A program made the position numbers and the translations under genes. The notes beneath the pieces were generated by a model. That model did no database searches and was not told where the DNA came from. It worked only from the letters and a program-made list of their open reading frames with translations. From contig JADKFV010000002.1 in NCBI GenBank assembly GCA_016717325.1, positions 135,661 to 199,660 on the forward strand: 64,000 bases of DNA, given 5' to 3'. Every line of letters begins with the position of its first letter. Position 1 is the first letter of the stretch. Origin of the DNA: Bacteroidota bacterium. GTDB lineage: Bacteria; Bacteroidota; Bacteroidia; AKYH767-A; OLB10. Positions 23,043 through 32,878 of this stretch are shown here, one piece after another.

Positions 23043-23477
23043 ATGAAAAAAATATTGGTTTTATTTTTTGCAATGGCGATGTTGCAAATTGTAGCAAATG
23101 GACAAGCAAAAAAGAAACCTGCTGCCAAAATAAAAGCACCAACTAAATGCGGTTTCTTTATGGATGGTAAAATGGCAAATAAAGTTACAGCCGAGCAAAT
23201 GATAGCATGGTGCGATGCAGAAAAACTTTATGTAATGTGCGATAACGGTAAAAAGTATTTGCTTAAAAGTTTTGAAATAAGTGTTATTCAAAAGGAACCT
23301 TATGCTATGAAGGATTTTGGGATTGGCGAAGGCGGTATGCCTATTATGGCCCGTAGAGATATAAAAAATATTAAAGAAGGCGATTCGCTTTTTCTTAAAA
23401 ATTTACTTGGCCTTGACGACAATATGCTCGAAGTAAAACTACCTGTACTTGTGGTAGGTGTTTACAATCAAAAATAG
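23043..23477 (+). CDS. Hypothetical secreted protein, 144 aa.
   Basis: Signal peptide MKKILVLFFAMAMLQIVANGQA. No known motif. Confidence 0.5.
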   Translation: MKKILVLFFAMAMLQIVANGQAKKKPAAKIKAPTKCGFFMDGKMANKVTAEQMIAWCDAEKLYVMCDNGKKYLLKSFEISVIQKEPYAMKDFGIGEGGMPIMARRDIKNIKEGDSLFLKNLLGLDDNMLEVKLPVLVVGVYNQK

Positions 23478-23534
23478 TTTTATTAAAAGCACGGTTTTTG
23501 CAACTGTAGCTATAATCACAAATTATTTATTTAA

Positions 23535-26500
23535 ATGAATAAGAAAAATTACTCAGTTATTTTGTTGTCAATTTTTTTGGGAATAAAAGTAAATGCGCAA
23601 AATGCACAAATAGTTGTGAGCGATTCGAAAGCAAATACCGCTTTGCTTGAATATGCTGAAGGTAAGAATGTTCCGTGTTACATTACCTTTAAAGACAATT
23701 ACAACCTTGCACCACAAATGGCTTTCATTGAACTTAGTGATGAATTGAGTATTCGTGCCGAGGATACCTGGAAAATAATGCGTTCGGAACAGGACGATAT
23801 TGGATATACCCATCACCGGTATCAACAATATTACAAAGGAATAAAAGTAGAGCAGGGCGAATTTATCATTCACGAAAAAAATAATAGAACAGTATCGGCT
23901 AATGGCGATTTTATTGACAATATCGATTTAAGTATTATTCCGGGAGTCACCCGCACGGCAGCATTAAATTTTGCTTTAGCTGATATCAATGCCACTACTT
24001 ATAAATGGCAATTTGCCGCAGAAGAAAACTGGTACAAGCAAATTATGAATAATCCCAAAGCTACTATGTACCCAAAGGGCGAATTGGTTATTATAAGACT
24101 CAACAATAATATTGCTACTAAAGAAAAGCAGCGTTTGGCGTGGAAGTTTGATATTTACACGCATGATCCCAATGGCCGCTGGTTTGTTTATGTAGATGCA
24201 AACACCGGAGATATTTTGGACAAAGTGGACAGGATATGTGAATTTGTTGCACCCGGTATTGCTAATACAAAATATAGCGGAGTGCAACCCATAGTTAGTG
24301 ATAGCCTTGGCCCAAATAACTTTCGCTTGCGCGATTACAGCCGCGGTGCGCCTATTGCAACATACGACATGAATAAAGGAACGAGCTATGGGAGTGCTGT
24401 AGATTTTACTGACGACAACAATGTGTGGGACTCTATCACCAACCAGGATAATGCTGCATATGATGCTCACCATGGTGCCGAAAAGACATGGGATTATTTC
24501 AATTCGGTGCATGGTCGCAACAGTTATGATAATTTTGGCTCTCCATTAATTTCTTACATTCATTATTCAAACAACTATAACAATGCTTTTTGGAATGGTA
24601 GCGTAATGACTTATGGTGATGGCAATGGTTCTACTTTTTCACCGCTGACTACTATTGATATTTGTGGTCATGAATTAACACATGGCGTTACAGGTAATAC
24701 TTCCAATCTTGTTTATTCTTATGAGTCGGGTGCCCTTAACGAATCATTCAGCGACATTTTTGGAACATGCATCGATTTCTTTGCATTTCCGGGAAGTGCA
24801 AACTGGAAATTGGGAGAACAATGCTATACTCCCGGCACAAGTGGCGATGCCTTGCGGCACCTTGATAACCCCAATGCAGCCAGCGATCCCGACACTTATT
24901 TGGGAGCATTTTGGTGGACCAGTTCAGGCGATAACGGTGGGGTGCATACGAATAGCGGAGTTCAGAATTTTTGGTTTTATTTATTAAGCCAGGGTGGAAC
25001 TGGTACCAATGATGTAAGTTTTAATTATAATGTAAGCGGCATAGGAATGGCCAATGCACGTTTAATCGCCTACAGAAATAATGCATATTATTTAACTTCG
25101 GGTTCCGTTTATGCCGATGCTCGCAGATATTCGATTATAGCCGCTGCCGATATTTTTGGCCCTTGCAGCAATGAGATGATACAAACTAACAATGCATGGA
25201 ATGCTGTTGGTGTCACAGGCACGTTTAGTGGAAACCCACTTGCTACCGCCACTAATAGTGGCATCACTTGCGAAGGTACTACGGTTAATTTAACTTCAGC
25301 TGGCGGAGTATCATTTTTCTGGTCGGGCCCCGGTGCATATTCTTCTACTTTGCAAAACCCTCAACTCTCCGAGATTACTTCGGCACAGTCGGGTACGTAT
25401 ACTGTTACAGTTACTGATGCAAATGCATGCAGTGGTAGCGTTACTACGCAGGTTAACTTGCACACTCGTCCCACACTTTCGGGTGCTGGAATTTCGCTGT
25501 GCCCTGCTGCCACGGGTATGTTGGATCCTATTGCCGCTGCGTATGGTGGTGGTGGCCCTGCATTTACTACCGCCAATCCGGCAATTATTGCTATACCTGA
25601 TAATAATTCAACCGGTATACAATCACCCATTACCATTGCGACACCGGCAAATGCAAGCGAGGTTATTTCGGTTGAAATTGATAGTCTTGATCATACCTGG
25701 AATGCTGATTTGAATATAAAACTTAAAGCACCCAATGGAAGTGAAATAATATTGGCCAATGGAGTAGGAGGGTCGGGCGATAATTTCGATAACACCATTT
25801 TTTCGGCTACTGCTACAAATGTTATTGGTTCAAGCGGAAACAATACTTCTCCATTTAATGGTACTTATGCTCCCCAGCAATCTTTTTCTAATCTAACCGG
25901 TGCTGCAACCGGCACCTGGAATTTGAAAGTGATTGATGCGTATGACCTGGATGCCGGCTCACTTAGAGGCTGGAAAATTACCATTGCATCAGCTAATCAA
26001 GTTACAACCTATGCATGGAGTCCTTCTTTAGGTTTATCTTCTACTACGCAGGCAACTCCATCTGTTAGCGTTCTTGATTCAGCTACGTATACAGTTGTGG
26101 TTACTGATAATAAGGGTTGTACAAATAGTAAATCTATGGCTGTTAATTTATTTCCTCTTGCCACTGCAACCGTTACTACTTCCAATATTTTATGTGGCGG
26201 ATCTGCTACAGGTTCACTTACCTTAAATCCTGTTACGGGTGTGTCACCTTTCAGCTATTCGCTCGACAATGTTTCGTTTGTACCCGGCAATACTTTTGCA
26301 ACGCTTCCAGCCGGTAGTTACACGGCTTATATTAAGGATGTAAACAATTGCAATACCGAGAATTATGGCGTAACCATTACAGAAAATAATCCGCTCACAG
26401 CAACTGCAACCGGTGCAAATAATAATTGCTACGGTGGCAAAAGCGGTACTGTGAATCTTACTCCAGGTGGTGGAACCTTGCCTTTTTCTTTCTTATGGAG

Positions 26501-27119
26501 CAATGCAAAAACGACTGAGGATTTGGCAAATCTTGTTGCAGGTACGTATACCTGCACTGTTACAGATATAAACGGATGCACAACAACCATGTCGCGCACT
26601 GTTACGCAGGGTGCTCAGATTACAATGACTTTTACGAAAACTGATGCTACAGCACCATTGTTTAATAATGGAATTGCAACATGTTTTCCTGCAAATGGTT
26701 TTCCAACTTACAGGTATACATGGAATACCACACCATCTAAAACCACACAAACTATTACAGGCTTAACTGCCGGAGTATATGTTGTAACAGTAAAAGACAA
26801 TAAAAAATGCGCACGTAATGGAAGTGTAACTATTGCTGCCTTGCGTATTGGTGGCGATGAGGCTATTGGAAATAATATTTCGGCAGCACCAAATCCGTCT
26901 CATGGATTATTTGCAATTAGTTTGAATAGCAAAAACAATGAAATGATTGATGCAAATGTGTACGATGTTACCGGAAGACTTGTGCAAACCAATGCTGTTT
27001 ATTTGCAAAAGGGGATAAACGAATTTGATATTGATTTGACCTCTCAAATGTCAGGTTTATATTTCCTCGAAATGAAAAATGAAAACCGAAGAGAAATAAT
27101 AAAGCTCACGGTAAAATAA
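23535..27119 (+). CDS. Secreted M4 (thermolysin-family) zinc metalloprotease with proprotein-convertase P-domain, SprB repeats and T9SS C-terminal domain.
   Basis: HELTHGVT (HExxH) followed by NESFSDIFG (the third zinc ligand, Glu). An FTP/PepSY-like propeptide lies upstream. The P-domain-like segment is NADLNIKLKAPNGSEIIL. SprB repeat: NNCYGGKSGTVNLTPGGGTLPFSFLWSNAKT. C-terminus SAAPNPSHGLFAISL...GLYFLEMKNENRREIIKLTVK. Confidence 0.9.
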   Translation: MNKKNYSVILLSIFLGIKVNAQNAQIVVSDSKANTALLEYAEGKNVPCYITFKDNYNLAPQMAFIELSDELSIRAEDTWKIMRSEQDDIGYTHHRYQQYYKGIKVEQGEFIIHEKNNRTVSANGDFIDNIDLSIIPGVTRTAALNFALADINATTYKWQFAAEENWYKQIMNNPKATMYPKGELVIIRLNNNIATKEKQRLAWKFDIYTHDPNGRWFVYVDANTGDILDKVDRICEFVAPGIANTKYSGVQPIVSDSLGPNNFRLRDYSRGAPIATYDMNKGTSYGSAVDFTDDNNVWDSITNQDNAAYDAHHGAEKTWDYFNSVHGRNSYDNFGSPLISYIHYSNNYNNAFWNGSVMTYGDGNGSTFSPLTTIDICGHELTHGVTGNTSNLVYSYESGALNESFSDIFGTCIDFFAFPGSANWKLGEQCYTPGTSGDALRHLDNPNAASDPDTYLGAFWWTSSGDNGGVHTNSGVQNFWFYLLSQGGTGTNDVSFNYNVSGIGMANARLIAYRNNAYYLTSGSVYADARRYSIIAAADIFGPCSNEMIQTNNAWNAVGVTGTFSGNPLATATNSGITCEGTTVNLTSAGGVSFFWSGPGAYSSTLQNPQLSEITSAQSGTYTVTVTDANACSGSVTTQVNLHTRPTLSGAGISLCPAATGMLDPIAAAYGGGGPAFTTANPAIIAIPDNNSTGIQSPITIATPANASEVISVEIDSLDHTWNADLNIKLKAPNGSEIILANGVGGSGDNFDNTIFSATATNVIGSSGNNTSPFNGTYAPQQSFSNLTGAATGTWNLKVIDAYDLDAGSLRGWKITIASANQVTTYAWSPSLGLSSTTQATPSVSVLDSATYTVVVTDNKGCTNSKSMAVNLFPLATATVTTSNILCGGSATGSLTLNPVTGVSPFSYSLDNVSFVPGNTFATLPAGSYTAYIKDVNNCNTENYGVTITENNPLTATATGANNNCYGGKSGTVNLTPGGGTLPFSFLWSNAKTTEDLANLVAGTYTCTVTDINGCTTTMSRTVTQGAQITMTFTKTDATAPLFNNGIATCFPANGFPTYRYTWNTTPSKTTQTITGLTAGVYVVTVKDNKKCARNGSVTIAALRIGGDEAIGNNISAAPNPSHGLFAISLNSKNNEMIDANVYDVTGRLVQTNAVYLQKGINEFDIDLTSQMSGLYFLEMKNENRREIIKLTVK

Positions 27120-27123
27120 TTTT

Positions 27124-27150
27124 AAAACCCTCCTTGCGGAGGGTTTTGTA
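27124..27150 (+). terminator. Rho-independent terminator after the M4 protease gene.
   Basis: Hairpin ccctcc-ttgc-ggaggg followed by tttt. Confidence 0.6.
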
Positions 27151-27176
27151 TTTGTAACTGATTTGTTTTTTAAACT

Positions 27177-27920
27177 ATGAAAGCGAAACTGGAAATATGC
27201 TGTTATAATTTGCCTTCGGTGATTATAGCAAATGCAGTTGGTGCCGATTCTTTGGAATTGTGCAGTAACCCTGCCGAAGGTGGAGTTACACCTTCTATAG
27301 GATTTGTGAAAGAGGCATTACGAATTACAACCATACCTGTATACGTACTCGTGCGACCCCGTGGCGGACATTTTGTTTTTGGAGACGAAGACATGGGCTG
27401 TATGATTGAAGATATAAATTCTTTGAAAAAATATAATGTGGCCGGATTTGTAACCGGAGCACTTACAACCGAAAATAAGGTTCACATACATAACACACAA
27501 AAATTGATGGAGGCCTGTTTCCCTTTGCCAATGAGATTTCATCGTGCAATTGATATGTGCAACAATTATTCTGATAGTATAGAAACTCTTGTGGCACTCA
27601 GTGCACATAGTGTATTGACATCGGGTAGTTGTGCTTCTGCTGTTGAAGGTTTGAATAACCTAAGTAGTATTCAAAAAAAGTTTGGCGATAAAATTGAAAT
27701 AGTGGCTGCGGGTAAAATAAACAGCTCAAATATGTTGGAGGTTTTAAATGGTGGGGTGAATTATTTGCATGCTGCAATTTTGAAAAATAATGAAGCGCAA
27801 ATAACAACGCACATTAATTTCAACCAGGAAGCTGATTCAAATAGTATGAATTATAAAATTACAAACGAAACAGAGTTAAAGAGTATGCAAACAAACTTGC
27901 AGCGGTGGAATTCGAAATAA
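27177..27920 (+). CDS. cutC: Copper homeostasis protein CutC.
   Basis: KLEICCYNLPSVIIANAVGADSLELCSNPAEGGVTPS and ...RPRGGHFVF... align with the E. coli CutC N-terminus ([36 protein letters not shown]). Confidence 0.85.
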   Translation: MKAKLEICCYNLPSVIIANAVGADSLELCSNPAEGGVTPSIGFVKEALRITTIPVYVLVRPRGGHFVFGDEDMGCMIEDINSLKKYNVAGFVTGALTTENKVHIHNTQKLMEACFPLPMRFHRAIDMCNNYSDSIETLVALSAHSVLTSGSCASAVEGLNNLSSIQKKFGDKIEIVAAGKINSSNMLEVLNGGVNYLHAAILKNNEAQITTHINFNQEADSNSMNYKITNETELKSMQTNLQRWNSK

Positions 27921-28109
27921 TGTATTCGGTTTTACATTGATTAAGTTTGTTCGAATTATTGTCAAATTACAAATGCTGGCATTGCGGAGGCATCATAAGC
28001 AAAGTGTTTATAAACGAATGGATGGGTTTAAGTCAATGCGTGAATTAGTACAAATTCACCATTCTTTTTGGCTTCAACAAAATGTAAATTTTCATCCTGT
28101 TTCCGGAAT

Positions 28110-29206
28110 TTATTTCATCAATGCAACAAAGTCGTCAAACAAGTATCGCGAATCGTGAGGCCCCGGTGCCGATTCGGGATGGTATTGCACCGATGATGCT
28201 TTTGATTTTTTCACTCTTATTCCCTCAATGCTGCCATCGTTCAAATTAACGTGAGTAACTTCTATATTGGTGTGTTTTTCTACGTCTTCTTTCACTACTG
28301 CAAACCCATGATTTTGTGAAGTGATTTCGCATGTGCCTGTGATAATATTTTTTACAGGGTGATTTATCCCGCGGTGTCCGTTAAACATTTTGAAAGTTCC
28401 TATGCCTTGACTTTCGGCAAGTATTTGATGTCCTAAGCAAATGCCAAATAATGGTTTATTGGAATCTACAATTTGTTTTACTGTTTTAACCACTTCGGGC
28501 ATTACAGATGGGTCACCGGGGCCATTCGAAATTAAATATCCATTTGGTTGCCACGCTTCCATTTCGGCAAATGAAGTATTATGCGGAAAAACTTTTACAT
28601 AACACCCACGCTCGCTAAGGCACCTCAACGAATTTGTTTTTATTCCTAAATCGAGAACTGCAGTTTTTATTTTGCTTTTTCATCACCAAAAGTGTATGAA
28701 ATATCTGTCGAAACTTTTGACGATAATTCAAGCCCGGCCATTGAAGGAACTTTTTCTAATTGAGCCAACAATGTTTCTTTAGTAGCCAATGCAGGGCCAA
28801 TAATAGCATTCATGGCACCTTTGCTGCGTATGTATCGCACCACGGCACGCGTATCAACATTGCTGATTGCTAAAATATTATGTTTCTTAAAATACTCGCG
28901 CACACCTGTTTGAGAGGCAGAGCGCGAAAAAAAATCTTCGAAACTGCGACAAACCAAACCGGCTATTTTAATGCCATTGCTTTCGCTTTCGCTTTCGAGT
29001 ATTCCATAGTTACCAATATGAACATGTGTGGCAACTAATATCTGGCCGTAGTACGATGGGTCGGTAAATACTTCCTGATAGCCTGTCATGCCGGTATTGA
29101 AGCATATTTCGCCAGTAGTAACTATATCCGGTGAAGCTAACTTTCCTGTAAACACCTGACCGTCTGCCAAAACTAAAAGCCCTTCAATATCATTTGTCGA
29201 TTTCAT
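28110..29206 (-). CDS. carA: Carbamoyl-phosphate synthase small (glutamine amidotransferase) subunit. Frameshift in an A/T run at about 28660-28680.
   Basis: The 28667-29206 ORF is the CarA N-terminal domain. The 28110-28628 ORF is the class-I glutamine amidotransferase domain (PLFGICLGHQIL, catalytic Cys). The junction reads ...FGDEKAK* and continues in another frame as KIKTAVLDLGIKTNSLRCLSERG. Confidence 0.85.
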
Positions 29207-29433
29207 AACTGCAAAATTTTAATGCGGCACAAAATAGCGAAGCATTGCGAGTTTGTAGTTTTTGTCGAAAACAATTTTTATGAACACAATGTGTATGGTA
29301 ATTTGTTTTAATGTTTTTTTGAGATGGAAATTGAAAATCTGAGCTGCCACAGCTCGTTTTACTATAAAGTGAAATCAAGCAAAAGTTTAACTATTGTGAA
29401 CTTATCCAACAGGATTACAATGGATTTAAAAAG

Positions 29434-29441
29434 TATATTTG
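29434..29441 (+). promoter_or_regulatory. Candidate Bacteroidota sigma-A -7 element (TAnnTTTG) 20 bp upstream of the ATG at 29461.
   Basis: tatatttg matches the Bacteroidetes -7 consensus TAnnTTTG. Confidence 0.3.
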
Positions 29442-29460
29442 CAACTTAAATCCAAAAAAA

Positions 29461-31527
29461 ATGAAAAAAAACTTATCTAAATCTTTAGTAGGATTAATGA
29501 TGCTAGGTGTGGCATCATTGCAAGTAAATGCCCAGGCATTTAAATATCCTTTCTTTCAACATTACACACAGGCAAGTTGTGGCCCTTGTGCTGCGCAGAA
29601 TCCGGGTTTCCAAACGGCAATCCTCAACGCAAATCCAACTACAGTTCACCACATGGCTGTTCATACTTCGTGGCCCGGTGTAGATCCTATGTACAGTGCA
29701 AATCCTACAATTGCTGACGATTTGGTTACCTATTACAATATCACTGGTGTGCCATCTGTTGTATTGCAAGGTAACTTTAAACAAGGAGGACCAAGCGCAT
29801 TTCAGCAAGCAGATGTTGATGCAGTGATAGCACAAACAAGTCCTATTAGAGTTGATGTTTCTCACGTTGTAAATGGAATGATGCGCACCGTTACTGTGGT
29901 AGTTACTAATGCTTCGACCAACACATTTTCGAACAACTACACTTTGCGCACAGCTGTTATTGAGCGCAATGTGAATTACACTTCAGCTCCAGGTAATAAT
30001 GGCGAAACTTTTTTCCCAAATGTATTGCGCGAGTTGTTACCAAACTCTGCCGGTGATGTTATCTCTATACCTGCACCCGGTGCTACTTTAACTATGACTT
30101 ATCCTTATACACTTGATGTATCTTGGGTTGATACCGAAATTGAAGAATTAGCATGGGTGCAAGATGACGCCACCAAAGAAGTATTGAACAGTGGTGCATC
30201 ATTCGATGTTGGTGTAAATGCCTCTATCAATCCTCCTGCTGTTATTACCCAAAATGTTGTTGCAAATACAACTACTACTTTTGCTTTATCTACGGGTAAT
30301 CTGTCGCCAAATGTAAACGACTTCGATTATGCACTTACATCAACTGCACCTGGAAACTGGACTGCATCGTACAATGTAAATGGGACAAATTATACAGCCA
30401 ATACTACCATTTCAATTCCCGGCAATACAAACTTTCCTACTGATATTGTTGTTGTTCCCGGAGCCACTGCAGGTATTGGTGAGTACACATTAACTATCAC
30501 TGCCACAGGCAATCCGCTTGTGCCTGCTATGATTGTGAAAGTATATGTTATTTCGGGCGTAGGAACTTTATTGATAAACAATTCTGGTGGTTTGGGTGAT
30601 GGCACTACTGCAGGCGATGCCAGCAACTGGCAACAAGTTTATATGGATGGACTTGCATTTGCCAATTGTACAGACTATGCTATTGCAAACGAAAAGTTTT
30701 GTGCACGTGCTATAAAAGATAATGCAATGACAGGTATCAATAAAATATTTTATAATGTTGGCTGGACTTTCCCAGGACTTACTGATGATTTAGTTGCACA
30801 ACTTTCAACTTTCTTAGATAACGGTGGCCGATTATTTATTGCCGGTCAAGATATAGGTTGGGAAGCATTTGACGGTGGTGCCCAATACTCTACTCAAGCG
30901 AAAATGGATTTTTACAATAACTATTTGCATGCGAATTATGTAGGTGATGGTTCAACAAATGCAAATGTTGCTTTCAATTTAAATACAAACGATGTGATTT
31001 TTGGCGGCACAACAAGTACCACACTTAAAAACTTTTATGGTGGCACTTATTTTTTCCCCGATGATATTACTGCTATGGGCATAGGTGCTGTAACTGCATA
31101 TTATGGTGCCGGCACTACTAAGCCCGGTGGTGTGCGTTCATGGAATAACATCAACAAGACTGTTTATTTTCCTCCCGGAATGGAAATGGTTACTTCGGTA
31201 GCTGTGAAGGATCAGATTGTAAAATTATCGTACGATTGGTTTAATGATTTAATAAGTGTAGAAGAGTACGATGCTGCTATGGCAAAATTAGGACAAGCAT
31301 ATCCAAACCCTGCAAACGGAAATGTATTTATACCTATTACCAATGCCTTTGCAAACTCATCAATACAAGTTACAGATATTACCGGACGCGTTGTATTAAC
31401 ACAATCAACAAACGGACAAACTACTGTGGAGTTGAATGTTGCTGCATTAAATGCCGGTTACTATACTTATAGAATAGTTAGTGGTAATACTGCAACAAAT
31501 GCATTGCCATTAGAAATAGTGAAATAA
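29461..31527 (+). CDS. T9SS-secreted protein with N-terminal thioredoxin-like CGPC motif. Function unknown.
   Basis: Signal peptide. YTQASCGPCAAQNP carries a CGPC. Middle domain is unknown. C-terminus GQAYPNPANGNVFIPI...GYYTYRIVSGNTATNALPLEIVK is T9SS-CTD-like. Confidence 0.6.
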   Translation: MKKNLSKSLVGLMMLGVASLQVNAQAFKYPFFQHYTQASCGPCAAQNPGFQTAILNANPTTVHHMAVHTSWPGVDPMYSANPTIADDLVTYYNITGVPSVVLQGNFKQGGPSAFQQADVDAVIAQTSPIRVDVSHVVNGMMRTVTVVVTNASTNTFSNNYTLRTAVIERNVNYTSAPGNNGETFFPNVLRELLPNSAGDVISIPAPGATLTMTYPYTLDVSWVDTEIEELAWVQDDATKEVLNSGASFDVGVNASINPPAVITQNVVANTTTTFALSTGNLSPNVNDFDYALTSTAPGNWTASYNVNGTNYTANTTISIPGNTNFPTDIVVVPGATAGIGEYTLTITATGNPLVPAMIVKVYVISGVGTLLINNSGGLGDGTTAGDASNWQQVYMDGLAFANCTDYAIANEKFCARAIKDNAMTGINKIFYNVGWTFPGLTDDLVAQLSTFLDNGGRLFIAGQDIGWEAFDGGAQYSTQAKMDFYNNYLHANYVGDGSTNANVAFNLNTNDVIFGGTTSTTLKNFYGGTYFFPDDITAMGIGAVTAYYGAGTTKPGGVRSWNNINKTVYFPPGMEMVTSVAVKDQIVKLSYDWFNDLISVEEYDAAMAKLGQAYPNPANGNVFIPITNAFANSSIQVTDITGRVVLTQSTNGQTTVELNVAALNAGYYTYRIVSGNTATNALPLEIVK

Positions 31528-31541
31528 TTTTTATAGGTGCG

Positions 31542-31609
31542 TTGAATTAATTATTCAACAACAAAATCAAAAAACCGTCATACAGAAATGTGTGACGGTT
31601 TTTTTTTGT
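31542..31609. repeat. Copy A of a 66-bp direct repeat containing a bidirectional rho-independent terminator.
   Basis: ttgaattaattattcaacaacaaaatcaaaaaaccgtcatacagaaatgtgtgacggttttttttt. A second copy at 32516-32581 has one mismatch and a T-run one base shorter. Confidence 0.8.
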
Positions 31610-31697
31610 AACCCGGGCTGAATACTTACAAACATCGTGAAACTAAACATCATATATTATGCGAAAAGTTTTGAGAATATCGGAGAGTTTCTGTTCC

Positions 31698-32126
31698 TTA
31701 AAAAGATAATAACTCTTCTGTTGTAATAAATTCGTTCCAATGCTTTTTGGATAATCCATTAAACAGTTTCTTATCGCCAGTCCACAACTTGCCATTAATA
31801 AACATTGCAAGTGCCACAAATTCTGTATCATCAATATCGATACCTTTTGTTAAAGATTCGGCATGTGAATATAATTTTAGAGGAACTAACTCTACACTTA
31901 TTAACCTAATTTTTTCTGTTACTAATTTTATTACCAAATCAAGTTCTGCATCGTTGTATTTTGAAATAGTTTTTAGTTTATTTCTATGTTCCGATAATTC
32001 ATTTTCAAGTTGATTGGTTGAATAGAAGGTTTATTCGGATTTTGGCTTTAATATGATTTTTGAAAATTTACTATTAGTATTTAGAATGGCACTAAAAACA
32101 ATATTGGTATCAATCACAATTTTCAT
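31698..32126 (-). pseudogene. PIN-domain (VapC-like) toxin gene with an in-frame TAA at codon 32 (positions 32031-32033).
   Basis: Translation from ATG 32126: MKIVIDTNIVFSAILNTNSKFSKIILKPKSE*TFYSTNQLENELSEH...DTEFVALAMFINGKLWTGDKKL. This is a PIN N-terminal Asp motif plus C-terminal acidic motifs. The start overlaps the upstream ORF stop by 4 bp. Confidence 0.6.
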
Positions 32127-32389
32127 AACCCGATTTTTTGTTTAGTTTTTTGCCACCTACCTTTTTTTATTTGTCTTACTAGCTCATCCACTTGTTTTTG
32201 CTTAGCCTGCGATTTTTGGGCAACTTCTCTAAATTTAAATAAATTAACCAAGTCTTGTAAGTCGTCTACTTTTATCGTTGCTGGAAACCGAAACAAAATC
32301 TCGTTTTTAGTTCTTTCTATTATCATTACTAATTCTTTTAGATGTTCAATCAAATACAAAGATATTATTTTCTTTATAGTTCTAAACAC
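32123..32389 (-). CDS. Putative antitoxin, an 88-aa basic helical protein, translationally coupled to the PIN gene.
   Basis: Position and 4-bp overlap with the PIN gene. K/R-rich C-terminus. No sequence-family call is possible. Confidence 0.4.
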   Translation of the reverse strand: MFRTIKKIISLYLIEHLKELVMIIERTKNEILFRFPATIKVDDLQDLVNLFKFREVAQKSQAKQKQVDELVRQIKKGRWQKTKQKIGL

Positions 32390-32515
32390 GAAAAATTGTA
32401 ACTATAAAATTTAGATTGAAGATAGGCCAAAGCAAATCTGGTTCCTGAAATAAAAGCTATTGAAGGTTTTCGGAATTCTGATTGATATACTTTTTTTAAT
32501 TGGCCTTGCAACTTT

Positions 32516-32581
32516 TGAATTAATAATTCAACAACAAAATCAAAAAACCGTCATACAGAAATGTGTGACGGTTTTTTTTGT
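32516..32581. repeat. Copy B of the 66-bp terminator-containing direct repeat.
   Basis: See copy A. Confidence 0.8.
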
Positions 32582-32621
32582 GAATAATATTTTGCTGTGT
32601 TGGTTTTTCTATTGAAAACAA

Positions 32622-32839
32622 TTAATAAATTATTCTACCGTCTGCCATCTCTATGGTTCTATAACTATTTCTTGCAAAATCGGAATCGTGTGTTACGGCA
32701 ATAATAGTATGATGGTTTTGGTGTGCTAACTGCTTAAAAATATCAAAAATAATTTGGGAATTTTCACTATCTAATTACCGGTTGGTTCATCGCACATAAT
32801 TATTTTAGGTTCGTTAATCATAGCTCTTGCAATAGAAAC
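32622..32839 (-). pseudogene. 3' remnant (about 72 codons) of an ABC-transporter ATP-binding gene, LolD/MacB-like. It has an internal frameshift at about 32772 and is truncated at its 5' side.
   Basis: Reverse-strand translation gives VSIARAMINEPKIIMCDEPTGN, then a 1-nt gap, then LDSENSQIIFDIFKQLAHQNHHTIIAVTHDSDFARNSYRTIEMADGRIIY*. This covers the signature-to-Walker-B-to-H-loop region of an ABC ATPase. A stop codon lies immediately upstream and there is no Walker A. Confidence 0.65.
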
Positions 32840-32878
32840 TTAAAACTATAAACTACGAAACTAAAAACTAAGAAAAAA

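Noticed and set aside
27937-28158. 73-aa ORF between cutC and carA.
   Set aside because: Overlaps the carA 3' end on the opposite strand. Basic low-complexity sequence with no support.
31542-32581. IS element or transposon bounded by the 66-bp repeats.
   Set aside because: No transposase, integrase or inverted terminal repeats. The repeats are direct, not inverted. It is described instead as a repeat-flanked TA cassette of uncertain mobility.
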